Shown here: in pieces, positions 38,301 through 53,300 of the stretch | How the letters are laid out: each line of letters starts with the position of its first letter | Position numbering within the stretch: the stretch's first letter is position 1 | NCBI GenBank assembly: GCA_002633005.1 | Contig: NMRA01000783.1 | Coordinates: 54,926-118,925, forward strand | Source: Phoronis australis | Taxonomy: Eukaryota > Animalia > Phoronida | Reading direction: 5' to 3' | DNA length: 64,000 nucleotides | Translations under genes and position numbers: made by a program | The notes under the pieces: model-generated | Told to the model about the DNA's origin: nothing | Database searches by the model: none | What the model saw: the letters and a program-made list of their open reading frames with translations, nothing else

Positions 38301-41300
38301 ATGGATGGGAAGAGGAAGAGATAGTGCTGGAGAGAGTAAGTACCAGCTTGTTTGAGGTTGGAGATTTTGAGAAATGGAAAATCTTGCCTGCCTGGTTAAC
38401 ACAAAATCAAGTTTTTAGAGCCGAGTAAGTAAAGCGACAGTCTTTGTTTTTGGTGGCTTTTTTAAGACTTTCATTTTGTTGGTTCATTGAGTCGCTCAAC
38501 GCTAATTAGGTCAAACCAACATTGTCAAGTTTAAACTGGAATAAGTCGAGTTAATGGCAGTGATTCATTACGCTTAATCAATCAATGGATTACAATGGAA
38601 TCCATGATGTAATCATTTGTAATTGAGAATGCTAACTTGCAGTATTAAAAAATTCTACCCTAAAACGCGAGCCAAAAGACCTGTTTTCAATGTTGATACT
38701 AAATGAGACTCTATTGGCATAAATGGGGTTCTTAAGGTCGAGTAACTTTTTGTTGCAGAAAAATTAAATTTTGTGTATAATTCTTTGCACAGAAGTTGTT
38801 AGATAGTCCTCTCACGGCCTTTTCTTAAATACCCTTGAATGCACATGCAGTCAATCTTAAGCACCTTGATGTCTATGTCTACAGGGTGGTGCTGGCCTAG
38901 GGTTCAGCATTGCTGGCGGTACCGACAACCCGCACATCGAGGATGACCCCAGCATATTTATCACGAAGATTATACCTGGAGGTGCTGCCGCTGTTGATGG
39001 GAGACTGAGGTAACACTGGACTGTGTGTTATGACATGTTTTGCAAAAAATCTGAAAGTGTGTTTTTTGCGTTAAAAGGTGAAAGAGATGAAGTTGAAGAC
39101 TTTCTTTAAATAATATATTGAGTGAGTGGTTGCGTTTCACTGGAAAATGGACTGTAAGACTTGGCTTGAACCCTACAGAACCATTTTTGAATCATTTATT
39201 GAAAGTTAAAACTCTTGAGATGACATGTCGGAATACGGAATATCACTCACACCCACACGCGCACACACACCCACCCACTTACCCACACACACAATTGCAC
39301 CATATCCCACCTATTAACTGCCCCAACTTTTATTTAAAGGTTAACATTACTTGTAATGGGTTGCAGGCTCTATTTTCCACTGTAGATGTAGTTATCCCTT
39401 TTTGAACTTTATAAAACTTAAACATACTTTGTGGTGAAATTACTTAGCATTGGGAGTGGATAACTTTTGTCTTTAACCAGGTAGTCGTACTTAAGTAAAC
39501 CTGCATCTACAAATGTATGAAAAATTTATTGGTCATCTTTGTCAGTGGAACTCGTTACAGTAACAGGACCACTTGTTTTCAGACTTAACCAAAACTGCCA
39601 TCTTGAGGCATAACCTTGCATAAGGTCATCATGAGGCCTTGCAAACCTCAGGCAATTTCCCCCTGTGCAGTAACTGGGTAGCTCCATAACACCAGCTGAA
39701 GTGGGACAAAAATCCCTTGCAAAAGGCCCATTACACACTCGTTTTCTTTTCACTTTGATTAACATTTTGAGAGACCGTTCGACACTCTGTTATAGAATCA
39801 ACGATATTATTGTGAGTGTGAACGGCGTGAATTGCATCAACGTCACCCACACGCAGTCCGTGGAGGCGCTAAAGAAGGCAGGCACCACCGTCCGTCTGCA
39901 AGTGAGGAGATCAAAGACACCGGGGGAAATTATTGAAGAAATTTTATTGGTTAAAGGCAGCAAAGGTATCGTGTGTGTTTAGTTACTAGTGTGTGATGAG
40001 AGGAGACATTTTGTTATAGCTTGAGACTAGCTTGTGTGTGAGCAGCAATCAAACGCAACTGTCACATAAAACAACTTTCGGTTTGACCACTTGCAGTTAC
40101 GATATTTGTCTCAAAATATTCCTTTGGAGGTTTGACGGTTTTGAGACTGGGCGCTACAGGTTAACATGACACTGTGGATCATTTTATGAACCAAGCATGG
40201 TCTCAGGGAACTACAAACTGTCAGTTCTTTGTATGTAAAGCCCACAAGTCACTGAGTGAAGAAAATTCTGAGACGCATTTTTGGCAAGTGGTCTAATTCA
40301 AAAGTTTATAGGCGCTTTAAGCTGACAAACCTACTGGTCTTTTACAGCCTGGTTATTGTGTATGTTCCTAAAATAGATGATCCTGGTGTAATTGTTATTG
40401 TTATTGATAATTGAATGTTTTGCAGGCCTTGGTTTCAGCATTGCCGGTGGTATTGGTAACCAACATATTCCAGGGGATAACGGCATCTTTGTCACCAAAA
40501 TAATTGAGGGCGGAGCTGCACATTCGAACGGCAGACTTGCTATTGGTGATCGTATCATCTCTGTAAGTTAAAAACGTAATATTTGTCCATAACTAGACAG
40601 TGTCTTTTCTGTATGTTGAAATGTGTGCAGGTATTGTCATGAGATTGTCGTTTTTATCGCCACTCAAACATTTCTAATACAGATGTAGAACCTAAGGAAA
40701 ATGTCATTATGGAAATTTCTTTTTTCTTTTGTTTTCAAGTGATTCCGTGAACTGATTGTGCCATCAGTTCAGAATTGGGAATTCTAATATTAAAAAACAG
40801 TGTGCTATCTTCAGAACTCTCTCTTGTGAGATATTGCCCAAATTCTGCACACTACTGAAGAACCTGAAGGAGTGGTGTCATGTTTTGAGCTGGGTCTGAT
40901 TGTTGAGGGTTAGAGGTACTGGCAGTTGTGTAGTTTTGGGGTCTAAAGCATATGCGAGTGGTATTGAAAATAAATTTTCAGATTTTTCACCCATTTTGCA
41001 CGTTGTAAGACCTTCAAAAGAATACATCTTTTGATTATGTTAACATCGCAAGTCACCTGTAAACAGTTCAAGAGGTCTCACGAATCCATAAAATGACAGA
41101 AAAGTCTTATGAAAAATGTTCATGGTCCCATGGAGCTTTCAAATGCAGGAATACATTTAATGAGTCACCTCGTATTTTTCTTTAAACTTCTGCTGAGGCT
41201 CAATTCCCATCAATCAGTTCAATGTGATTTGGTTTTATCCAAGCATGGTGAATCTTGACGTGATGTGAACCAAAGCTAGTGTGTTGTCTGGCAACGATCG

Positions 41301-44300
41301 GTCTTGTACACGTCCCTTTTGTAAGTTTTACTGTATGTTTTACAAATATCTTTTCTAGGTGAATGAGGAGAATGTTGAGAACATCACTCACGAACGAGCT
41401 GTTGACATCTTGAAGGCGACGGATGAACGTGTCCAGCTCGTGGTGGCCAAGCCGTCCTACAGCCAGCATGACGTGTCAACTGAGGAACAGCCAGAAACAC
41501 CAGCAAGTAGGTACCCGACATCACGAGCTTAACAGCATTTTCACTTGGGATGGGAGAGCTTGGGTGTCATCTTGACTGACTGTCTTTTTGTGTAGTTCTG
41601 ACGGAGTTCTAGGTTGTTTCCTTAAAAAACATTGTTTTGCATTATCTACAATTTTATCATGGGATAACTGTATTCATTCCATCTGAAATTACCTCTCCAT
41701 AAGGAGTCCTTTCTAGGTTTCTCACTATGATATTTCTAATCAACATTAGTCAAGTCATATTTTTCTCCTATTACTATTTACAATCTCTTTAATTTACTCC
41801 CCGTGTGCATCTTCATTGGCATCGTGATTCATTTTTAAGTGCTGTTGTACCAGTCATTGTATATTTCAGGTGAGGAGATCAATCAGGTTGATGGACCAGT
41901 TCCTACTATCGCTGATGAAGTCATGTCACGGTAAACAATGGCAATACAATCCCTCATTCTCTGAAGCTACTTACAGTACATGCCTGAAGTATTCAGACAC
42001 AATTCCTTGTCATGATGGCATGGCGCAAGCTGAATTCATCGTCAAAGTTGTCTTCCCTTGTGACGGAGAATGAAAGGGATTAGTAAGGTCGCTTAGCCGT
42101 TCTGTATTTAAAATTGTGACGTTACGTACCAGTAATTTTGCCATTAACAGAAATAGCCGTCACGACAGGAAAACGTTGTCTGATTACTTTCGTCATACGC
42201 AAAATGTGCCGAAATCACAGGCATAACACTTCTCAAACAATTCACAAGTTCACTACTGAAACAAAGGGCTTGCCTTTATTACCACATTGTGCTTTGATAA
42301 AAACCTACAGTGTTTTCATTGTTTAGCTGGAACTGTCGTGGTTTTTCGTAATTGGTTTTTATGCGCCCACTTGTTTATATGTGGGCGCATTATGCCGTCA
42401 TCTCTGTCCATCCGTCCGTACGGGCGGCGTCTGTCCGGCGTCCGCTGCTCTATCTCCAAAACCCTTTGACATATGTTCATAAAATTTGGCACATATGTTC
42501 CATTCATGAATGGGACGGCATGTGCGAACTTTCGGACGGATCCGACTACCGGTGTGCCCCCTAGTGGCAATTTTGTTTTTTACCCTTACCTTTGTATCTT
42601 CTAGTGGAAATTTAAGTATTTTACATTGCCCTCTGTATTTTCATAGGTCTTCAGATGTATACTTTGTGTTACTTCGTGACTATGAAGGAAAAGTTCCAAG
42701 TAGAAATTAGTTTCTGGCATTCTAATGCTGTGCTAATCTTGTATGTTGGTAAATTTGTTTTTAATTCTATGTTTCTGTGGTGCTTTAAGCAACTGATGTA
42801 TAGGATGTGCTTGCATTATGAAGATCACTCACATTTTGCCCCTTAGCCTATTGAGGAGACAATGACCATGCCTTTCCATTTTACAAAGTACAACATACTA
42901 CATATATGCCCTTTACTGGCCACTTTATGGTACCAATAAACAACCCTAGAAGGATACCGTATGCGGTGCAATTGTGGGCGAATTTCAATGCTCTGCATTG
43001 CTCTTGTTTAGCTTGCTTTAGTCCCCACAATAACCAAAGTTTTCAGATGTTATTAACATTTTGATCAAGAAATGTAAGTTGTACCTTACTGACAAATGGG
43101 TGTTTTTAGCCACTTGTTTAGAAAACTAGATTTCAGCTCATAAAAGTATTATATTTTCTATAAAAGTCGGAAGCCTGTCAATTTGTTTTTACTTTTTAAC
43201 TATCGGATATTGGTTGGTTCACGTAACCATGTCTTTTGAGTAACATTTAGCAAAAAAGAAAGGTACATTGATAACAAAACATCAGCGTCAATTACATCAA
43301 CAAATTTTGCTTGATATAAATGTTAGTGATCAATTTTCAAAAATGCTGAGAATTGTCAATTTCGTATTTTGTAAAAGTCCTGTTTCTATAGTCCCACCAG
43401 CAAAAGTAGAAAATTTTAAGAACAAGTTCAAACATGGTTTTGGAAATAGGTGCAGAAAGGATAGTATTTGATAGTTTCATGGGAATTTGATTTAGTCATT
43501 TCTGAGACACGATGTTGCGAAATTTGGACATTCTCTTAAGTTCCTTCATTAATTTCACAAAAGTGTTGTGCTTTGGCTAGACATAAATTAACCCCAAGCC
43601 TGTTCAAAGAATGGATGGTATTTACAATATATTGCTGGATACAAGAAAACGGATATTACACGTTAAAGTTTAATAACAAAATGCTTTAATAAGCATTGAT
43701 TTTCTCTGCTATCAATGTAACTGTCCTCAGGATTTGAATGACCTGGCCACCAAGGCTGCACATTTATCTATTCTGCAAAATCAAAAGGCTTTAGCTCTGA
43801 CAGATGTAAAAGCTTCTATTTTCTGAAAGCTTGATTTCCTTGTAGAATATTATTCATGACTTAACGCAAATTTGTTTATCATTAGATCACTTGTCTGTGT
43901 CTTGTTCGTGAAGTTCCTAATTAAGGTGCACTTAATGGTATTAAAATGACCAAACTTCTTATGCTATCAAAATTCAAGATACAATCGTCAAGGCAGTGTT
44001 ACAGCTTCCAAAATGATTTTCATTTCATGCAACTTTTGACTTTTTCATAATTTAAAATGACAGGTAGTAATTAGGAGAACAGTTCATAAATAGTAAACCA
44101 TAGTGTCTGAATTTAATAGGCCTTTTATGAGATTTGTTTTTTCCGTAGTTAGTCATGTTTTGATAATAAATGTCAGTGCTTCGTTCGTACCAGAAATTGT
44201 ACTTATTCTCAAGGTCGCTTCGAAGTTCACCTATTTACCCAATGTGATATCAGTTGTGAATGTAATGATTTTATTTTAATACAGTGCAAGATTGAGAGAG

Positions 44301-47300
44301 TCTGGTTTCAAGCAGTCATTGGCTTTCACTTATCAATACGTTATCTAAATTAAACATTATTTTTTGTTAAGGCGAGTTTATGACAGCTTTAAAACCTAAC
44401 AGTAACGGAATTTTGTTATTTTAGATATACTGGACTAACCAGGTAGTTAGCAAAGCCATAGCAAAGTCAGAAAGCGCGAGTTCAATCACGCAAATGTAGG
44501 CCAGTCAAATGATAGGTGAAGCTGCCTTTTCACATCATGTTGCGTCACAGCGAGATCCCTGCACGAACAGCAAAAGGCCGATAACAGTTGTATTGAATAG
44601 AGGGTATAATTAGAACACCACTGTGTGTGGGAGGTGTTCGCTGCTGTTTGAATTAAAAGGACTTGGTGATTCTCGCGGGGATGTAGACAAAAGCAAGCCA
44701 ATTCGCCTAACAGTTCGTTGCATTTAGCAATTTAAAGCGCGAGTGAGCTCAGAGCGATGCTCTTAACATACTGTAGGAACCACATTCACAGGTCTTACCG
44801 TTCAAGATAGGCTGAATTAATAGAAAAAACATGTTACAAACCTTTATAGCTTTTTGTGAAGTCTCTCAGGTCAATACACGAAGGCTGTTGGTTATATTTA
44901 TGAAAACACACGAAGGCTGTTGGTCATATTTATGAAAACAATCCTACACTGACATTCACACCGGTTTTCTAACCTTGAAATTTGCTGCTGTCTTCTAAGA
45001 AACCATCCAGCTGATGATATCGCTCTCTGGAGATGAACTGGGGGTAATTAGGCACGGAATTGCCCATCATAAACATGGTTGTTAACAATGGGGCTGACAA
45101 TAGTATTGTCTCATTTTAAAAGCTCTTAAGTAGCATATTTGAATAATTCGTGAAAAGTAGACATCGTCTGGTTTTTGAGTTTTGAAAATTGTACAAGAAA
45201 TGTGACTTCTGTAACCTAAAACTAGAAAGTAGTCTACATCCAGTATTTTGCTTCATTAGTTCTGCTGAGCGTGCAACACAATGGGACAATTACCAAGCCG
45301 ACGTCACGAACCAGCAGTTGGAAATTGAAGAATGTCAAGTGTCGTGATCGTATAATTGTGGGCATGTGACAACTTTTGCAAACATTGCTATTTTCGACTC
45401 AAGAGATTTAATTGGAGGAGTTAAAATTAGTCCCTTTCCATTTAGGGTTTAGTGTTACAAACATTTTGAGTGGGAGATCACTGTCGCAAAGACCTTGCAT
45501 TCACAGGATATTTTGCACACGAAATTGACAGTTTTCACAAGACAATTTGAACATCTGAATATTTTCCTCGCATAAGAAACGTGAAGAAAACATAAGGCAA
45601 AACTGTGATAATAAAATCTATCCAGCAGTGCATGGTTTTAACAAGCCCCATGCGTCTTGACACACCAGTAAAGTTCCCATTGTACCCTGTGTAAAATCTT
45701 AAGCAAGAAGTGTATATACTTTTGAACTTCCAATTTGAAAGTTAAATAATCTTGTATGGCAAAAATGGCGATAAAAGATATCTTTTGAAATATTGCAGTG
45801 AAATGCATTATAAAACTAACGTTTCAGTGCCACGCCCCATTTCAGTTGAACCGGAAGTAACTCTTCGATAAAGAAGATAGTTTTGCTGTTGGACGAACAG
45901 ACAAATGTAAACCTTGTTTGAAAATGGGTTGAATTTCTGTGCAAAGAACAAGTGTTATTTGTTTATTTATTGTTAAATTTTTGTGATGGAACATACTGCA
46001 AGAGAATGTATACGCCGAGCAAAGTTAGGAGACAGGAATTGTACGACTTGAGATATTTTAACAGGTAAACAGTTGCTGAGAATTTTTGAGGAAATGGTCG
46101 CTTAGCGGCTTAGACAGCTTATCGCGTCAAAACCTCATCTGAATTCAAAACGAGATTAAAGTTCATTGATAAAGCCAGAAAAGACGTAATTGGTTCTGGT
46201 ATTTGTTATTTTAAAATTGATATGGTGATGTGGTATTTTCATTGCCCACTGTCAAAAACGTGAAAAGAAAAGGTCTGACGCCAGGTGGAATCTGTTGGGA
46301 TTGTTATCTAGTGCCACCTGGTATCAATTTTCAGGTGCAAGAGTCAAAAGTAGAACCAATGTTGTTTTCTGAACATGATTTTAGTTACATTACTCCCTCT
46401 TTTGGTATGCAGATATCCAGCAAATGATGCCAGCAAGGTTTTGAATTCTAATTTTAAGCGAACGTCGCACCTGGTTTAATGCCAATGCATTTTATTGTGT
46501 ATTTTAGCTTTTTTGTAATCCTAGTATGGAATGTGAAATGTAAATTATCGGTAACAGTCTCAAACTAGCCTGCTTAAATTACGACTTGCTCGTTTAACTC
46601 ATCCACTATTGCATTCATTTAACCCTGTCGAGGGTCTCTGATTTTCTGATAATAAAAAATATGCTCGTCTTACATTGTTTTGTAAATTAGCAGAATTCGT
46701 TGTACTCTCTTTAAGTAATAATTAATTTTAAAATTATTTGAGAATTGTCTTATTCTTTCTGCTGCATTAATGCCCCAACTGTGTTCTACTGATAAATTGC
46801 TGCTTGCCGTGTTAATTGTTTTTAAGTCTTCAAGAATAACAGTGTCACCTTTGAAAAGTATGAACGAACTTGAATGTCTGCTGCTACAAATTGATCAATT
46901 AGTCCAGAACGGGTATTGTTTCAGGAAATTTGATTTGTAATTTTACAGACTGCTTTGCACATGTTGATGAAGCTTCTAAAATATTTTGCAGGGAACCTAG
47001 GAAGGTTGTCCTTCAAAAGGGAGCAAGTGGTCTGGGTTTTAACATTGTGGGCGGTGAAGATGGAGAGGGGATATTCATCTCTTTCATCATGGCTGGCAAT
47101 GTGGCTGATCTGAGTGGAGAGCTTAAACGAGGCGACCAAATACTCTCGGTAGGTTCACAGAGGATTTTAGTGAAGTACGGACTAAAATTGTTGAAGAAAT
47201 TGGTCCACTTTTAGTTGTCAAAGGCTTCAAATGTTGTGAATGCCCACAATTCCCCAGAAATTTNCAGAACGGGTCTTGTTTCAGGAAATTTGATTTGTAA

Positions 47301-50300
47301 TTTTACAGACTGCTTTGCACATGTTGATGAAGCTTCTGAAATATTTTGCAGGGAACCTAGGAAGGTTGTCCTTCAAAAGGGAGCAAGTGGTCTGGGTTTT
47401 AACATTGTGGGCGGTGAAGATGGAGAGGGGATATTCATCTCTTTCATCATGGCTGGCAATGTGGCTGATCTGAGTGGAGAGCTTAAACGAGGCGACCAAA
47501 TACTCTCGGTAGGTTCACAGAGGATTTTAGTGAAGTACGGACTAAAATTGTTGAAGAAATTGGTCCACTTTTAGTTGTCAAAGGCTTCAAATGTTGTGAA
47601 TGCCCACAATTCCCCAGAAATTTGTCTAGTGATAGCTGTAGCATGGGTTTTGAAATATGGCATTTATTTGATATTAGTGGTATCTTTTATGAAAAATGAC
47701 AGTTGGCTTTGTAATTAGTGGCAATGGGGAGTCCCTTCAAAGGCCCTTCTTCCTAAGAGGCTTGCTGCCTATTTTTTCCCAAGGGTTGCATACATATTGA
47801 TTTTGTTTTGACAGTCACATATCACATACATGATTTAGTGATTGATTGCAGTGAACAGGATTTGCTCTGTACTTAATGTCTGCTTCGTCTATTCCAGGTA
47901 AATGGCGTAGATCTGCGCACCTCGACGCATGAAGAAGCAGCCGTTGCTCTGAAAAATGCTGGTGATACTGTAGAAATCATGGCCCAGTACAGGCCTGAAG
48001 GTATGGAGTCTGCGCTTGAGCGTTAAGACTGGGCTGCAACTGCTGTCTGGAATGTCTCAGTTGGCCACGTACATATCATAAAGCAGGGTCTTCTGTGCTC
48101 GTAGTTTGTGTACATTCCGAATTTTTTGTTGTATTCTGGGACACTTTATGTTATTCTAGATATCCGTAGTCGAAGAATAATCATTGTATTGTTGTTATGT
48201 TATTTTTGTGCTTGCTAACGTTTTATTTTTAATGTTGATCCGGTAATGTGGTTCATTTCACTCAAATTAGGTGGTAGGTAAACGGGATATTTTTTTGTAA
48301 ATTTTGCAGGTTTCTTTATTTAAGCACAAGGTGCACTGCGAATCAAAATGCTGTTGTTTCGATACAATCTTTGAAATGTCTGGTGAATTTCATCCAGTCT
48401 TACTATCGTGTGCATGAATTCGAATAATTGTGTGGCAAGGTCAGGGGTTTAATTATCACTGGTAGTTCACGTAGGTCAGTAAGCATGCTTGTTTATCGGA
48501 TCACGTACTGTAAAAAGTGACTACATCCTCTGGACATAAGATTTAGCGTGCACCTCTCCCATTGCATTTCAATGTGCAGCACTGCCGAAACTGCAGTCAT
48601 AGGCTTCGGTCGGTCAGCTGTTTTTCGCGCGGTTGCTACACAGTAATCTATTCCAGACCCGTGCATGTTGTCCGGTACTAACAGGGGCCGTAGCATTTGA
48701 TGTGTTGTAGCACTGCATGTGGAATGAACCGTCCCCCCATGCAACGCATGTTGACATACCATAAGAAATTTTATTGGCACTTGAGCTCGCGAGAAATTAT
48801 GTCTGCTGAAAATAGTTTGAGTGAGCATTTCTCGAAAATCTAGATGTCACGATGTCGTCACTTTGAAACTTAATGACCTTACTGACTCTTTTTGTCTTTT
48901 GTTTTATTCTTGCTCTACAAAATAACAAAGCGCTGAAACGGCACTAGTTTAGCCTTGTATTTCTGTTTTGTTATTTCTGTCGCCGCATCTAATGTGTCTT
49001 TGTCACAGTGCCAATAAAATTTCTTTTACGTTACTGTGTGTTTTATTTGAGCAGCAACTTGAATGTGATATTATTTTCGTCTCCTTCTGCACTTTAGGTC
49101 CTTGACAATTTCTAAACAAACAATGTTAATGTGTTAGGTTGTATGTTTCGTTCGAATTTTAGCTTGCGTTGTGAAAATGTCCTGGTGGAAGTCAGTGTTG
49201 GCCAAATAAATAAAAATGGTTCCATCCGCAACAATGCTGTTTGCTCACGCATGTTGTAGCAAACAGAGAATGTCTACTGACCTAGTGGAACACGACAGCT
49301 GCTTCAAAAAAATTTATCAAAATCTGATTTGGAAGTGGGAACAAAGTTGTCTTAAGATAACAAACTGGGTGTCCACACTGGGCATTTTCAAAAAAAATAA
49401 AGTTGTGAAAGCAAATACCCGGAGGCAATAACCAAAACAAAATGTAAGGGTCTATTCACAATTTTTTCATTATCAGGAGCACGAAGGCTGCTTTTAAGAA
49501 GTGGAGGTGTTATGGGCTGCCACATCAGTGCAGGGACATCAAAAATAGAGATAGTCCGAACATTCCGGGAATCATTGCATTTTTCTGGAAGAATTGGTTT
49601 GAGTTTTTGTCAGTTTTTGGAATATTTTTGACAGCTGTCCAGAATACTACGAATGATTTTTACCATCTCCATATCTTGGGCAAAGTTTCCCTCAGTCCAA
49701 AAGAGTTGCTGTTTGGCCTGCCAACATGGGCTTTAATCGGACAATAATCGTGTACAAAGCCTTGTTTATCGGTGTACTGAGTGCAGGCAGCCAAGCTCTG
49801 CCACNNNNNNNNNNNNNNNNNNNNNNNNNNNNNNNNNNNNNNNNNNNNNNNNNNNNNNNNNNNNNNNNNNNNNNNNNNNNNNNNNNNNNNNNNNNNNNNN
49901 NNNNNNNNNNNNNNNNNNNNNNNNNNNNNNNNNNNNNNNNNNNNNNNNNNNNNNNNNNNNNNNNNNNNNNNNNNNNNNNNNNNNNNNNNNNNNNCCCCTC
50001 CTTGTGACATTCTAGATCTGCTAAAATTTACCATTGTGACACATGTAGTTTGATTCATCCTGGCTTAAACGTCAACACAGCTTCACATACAGCTAAATAT
50101 TCATACATTACGATAAATTGTATTTTAAACCAACTTCAATACACTGCATTCCTGGGAAGCTCACATTTATACATCTTCACCTGTATCTTATCGTGTTGAC
50201 AAGAAGGGTGTTTAAATTGATTAACTAGTGAAAATTGTTGGAATTCTTGTTCCACTGCATGCTGGTGTCGTTGCTAAACTGATACCGAACAATGTTACTG

Positions 50301-53300
50301 GGTAATTTTGTATACACATCACAACAAGAAAATGAAAACCTGTGGTGAGCACGCAAAGCTCTTTTTGAGAACTAGTTTTTAAACCAAATTATACGACTAA
50401 GATATGTGTTCGTCTTCAACAGGTGTTGAAAAAGTTTTTCAAAAAGATAGACTGACGTAAAGTAGGGATGCAATTCCAAGTTGTGTCCATTAGTACATAA
50501 TTACGTTATTCCATGACTCACTGCTAGCGTATTGAGCATCTTCTTTGGTGCTTGATCCGATAGCGAGAGACAATCGCAGGCAAGTGACAATTCATAACAA
50601 AGATCTTTCAGCCAGTTACTCTTGCAATTAAGCCTGGATCATACACTGTTCACAACGTACAGCCGCGGTACATGTCTTTCATGTTTTAAATGTGAAGAAG
50701 CATGTTCTGGAGTGAAAGTTTTAACTTGTACTCCACTCAAAACGTATGGGTTAAATGCATGGTTTTAATTTTGCAAGGGGCCAGTCTAACCTTAGCTGCA
50801 TGTCCTCTGTTGTTTTAGACTAAATGTCTCTGTTGACATGGGCCTAGATAATTTATGAGAATTGACATCATATTTCATCATACATAGTGGTCAAACATTT
50901 CAACCATTGATAAGTACTGGTGATGTTCTGATGTATTGTCGATCACATGATGAGTCACGTGACACTTCAGTGGTCTGCTGAAGTCCTCAGGATGAGGACG
51001 CAACGTAGCTAACTCAAATCCGTAACTCCAGAATTTGATTTGGTTTTCTATATTTACCCAACTGGATTACTAACGGTATTCATCACGATATTCTGATGTC
51101 TTGCTGCAGTCCTGGTTACACCCCGAAAGTATATATAAGTTAACAACCCAGCTTGAAGTGATAACTAGGCAATAAGCCACAGACCATTCAAACCCATAGC
51201 CCAGCCCTACATGTTACCATTATGAAAAGATAACTAGGTAATAAGCCACACACCATTCAAACCCATAGCCCAGTCTTACATGCTACCATTGTGATCGAAG
51301 CCATACATGTTTCCATTATGAAGTGATAACAGGTAATAAGCCAGAGATCATTCAAACCCATAACTCAGCCCTACATGTTACCATTATGAAGTGGTGACTA
51401 GGTAATAAGCCACAGACCAACCCATAACCCAGCCCTACATGTGACTTTTATGAAGTACCCCGTCAATCCAGGCAAGTTATGATAAACCCTGTGAATTGCA
51501 ATCCACTTTTTCACAAGTAAAGGATTATGATATGCAGCCATAAAGCTACGTATGCCAGAATTTCATTGCCAATGATTTAGGAATGTGACAGTACATCCAT
51601 TCTTTCCTTCAAAAACCATATTTGATTTATGCGTTAAGTTGGTCTTGTTCCTTTCTCATTTGGATGTGATCTTTGGGCTCAGCACTGCTTTTCCAACCCA
51701 ACTGACCAAAAATTTTTCAGTGAGCTTGGTCTCTAACAGTAACAAACCAGGTTCTTTTGAAGCTGTGAATTGCCACCAATTGGACCAATAAACAATTCAA
51801 GACCAATTAAGTAGCTGAGTGGCCTATTTCAAGTCTTATTTATTGACAGAAAGCATATCATTGACAGAGTTTAATGCAACTGTAACATGTTGTTTTTTTG
51901 TCTTGAAAACATGTTTGGTGAAATGTTTGCAAGTGAGATGGTTGCCTAACAATTGACTCAGAAGTGAGTGCAGTGTGCTACATTGTTAAAGCTTGAATGT
52001 AAATCCAGGAAATAGCACGTACATGTATTTAAGGATTTACAAACCTGATAGGTTTCTTAGAAACGCAATTTATGGAAATTTGTTGATTTCCTATAATTAC
52101 TCTTGTAAACATGAGCACAGCCCCAAAAATCACTTTTGCATTATATCCAAGTTCTCAGTCATTCCTTTGTATACATTCTCTAGTAAGATTGAGCTCAGGG
52201 GAGGAGACACCTTTGTGCGATGCTCGAATGTCTGCTAGTGAGGCCAGGATTGGAGCAAGGGTCTCCCAGACGGGGCTTAGGAGCTCAAACCACTGAGTCA
52301 CACTGTGCAAAAGGTTAAAAACGAAAATAGAATTGGACCGTTTACTTTCATAAAATTGGTCTTGTAATACTCTTGTGTTAGGATTCTATCTTCTGATTCG
52401 CCCCTCTAATTAATTTTTGAAGCATTTTCCTGAGTTGCTGATGGTTTTGAGATATTCAGATTTTTGGCCAACCGATGAAATTTGACGCATTTTCCTGAGT
52501 CACTGGTGGTTTCGAGAATTCAGGATTGGCCACTCTATGAAATTTGAAGCGTTTTATTGAGTCACTGGTGGTTTCCATTATTGTTATTAACGGAAATGAC
52601 ATCCTATCACTGTTAAGAATATTGTGAGACAGATTTTATAAGTGCAGAAAGACCCAATTCAATTTTTTATTTTTTGCCAGCTAAATTTAAGGTTGAACTG
52701 TCGCTTTGTATCATTGACTTCATGTTACTTAATCTCTGGAAGTAGTTTCAAAATCCATGGGTTTCCCCGGAATGAAGTGTCTATTTCTTCAAATAGTATA
52801 ACTTGTACTGAAAACGTGATGTAATCCTGAAAGCTACACAACACACAAACCAAACATCAGAGCAGCATATTACATTTCACATTTATCACATCCACTGTCA
52901 GAGTCCATTTACTAATCAAAACATCCCCCTGTGATTACTATAATACTTGGCTGTGCATTGGAGCTATCATGTTCTTGTACACATGTGGATGTTTATTTTC
53001 ATGTTACAATGATTACCCATGTGCAGAATGTTCAATGTCTGTATTAGAAGTGAAGACAGCTGTCCACTGGTGAGCATGGGGGAAATGGGGTGTAGCTGTT
53101 GTGTGAACAATTTTGATGATGTGTCCCCCGTATTTGAGAGAGTAGGGCACAAAGGGTGAGATCAAATGTGACTTTTCGTATTCACCCATTGTTGTCGCAT
53201 TCTCTGTCGCTAACGAAGGTGATGGAATTGTGAATTGTATCTTGCGAGGGGGGACAGAGAACACTTGTCAGACGCAAGCTTTCACTAGTGGTAGGCGAGT

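Noticed and set aside
46992-47508. Mutually exclusive or duplicated PDZ3 exons
   Set aside because: Exon copies are identical, the introns nearly so, and they are joined at an N; most simply an assembly artefact
49660-50058. ORFs spanning the N run
   Set aside because: Artefacts of translating the gap
51154-51455. CRISPR-like array
   Set aside because: The whole ~69-bp unit repeats, so it is an ordinary minisatellite
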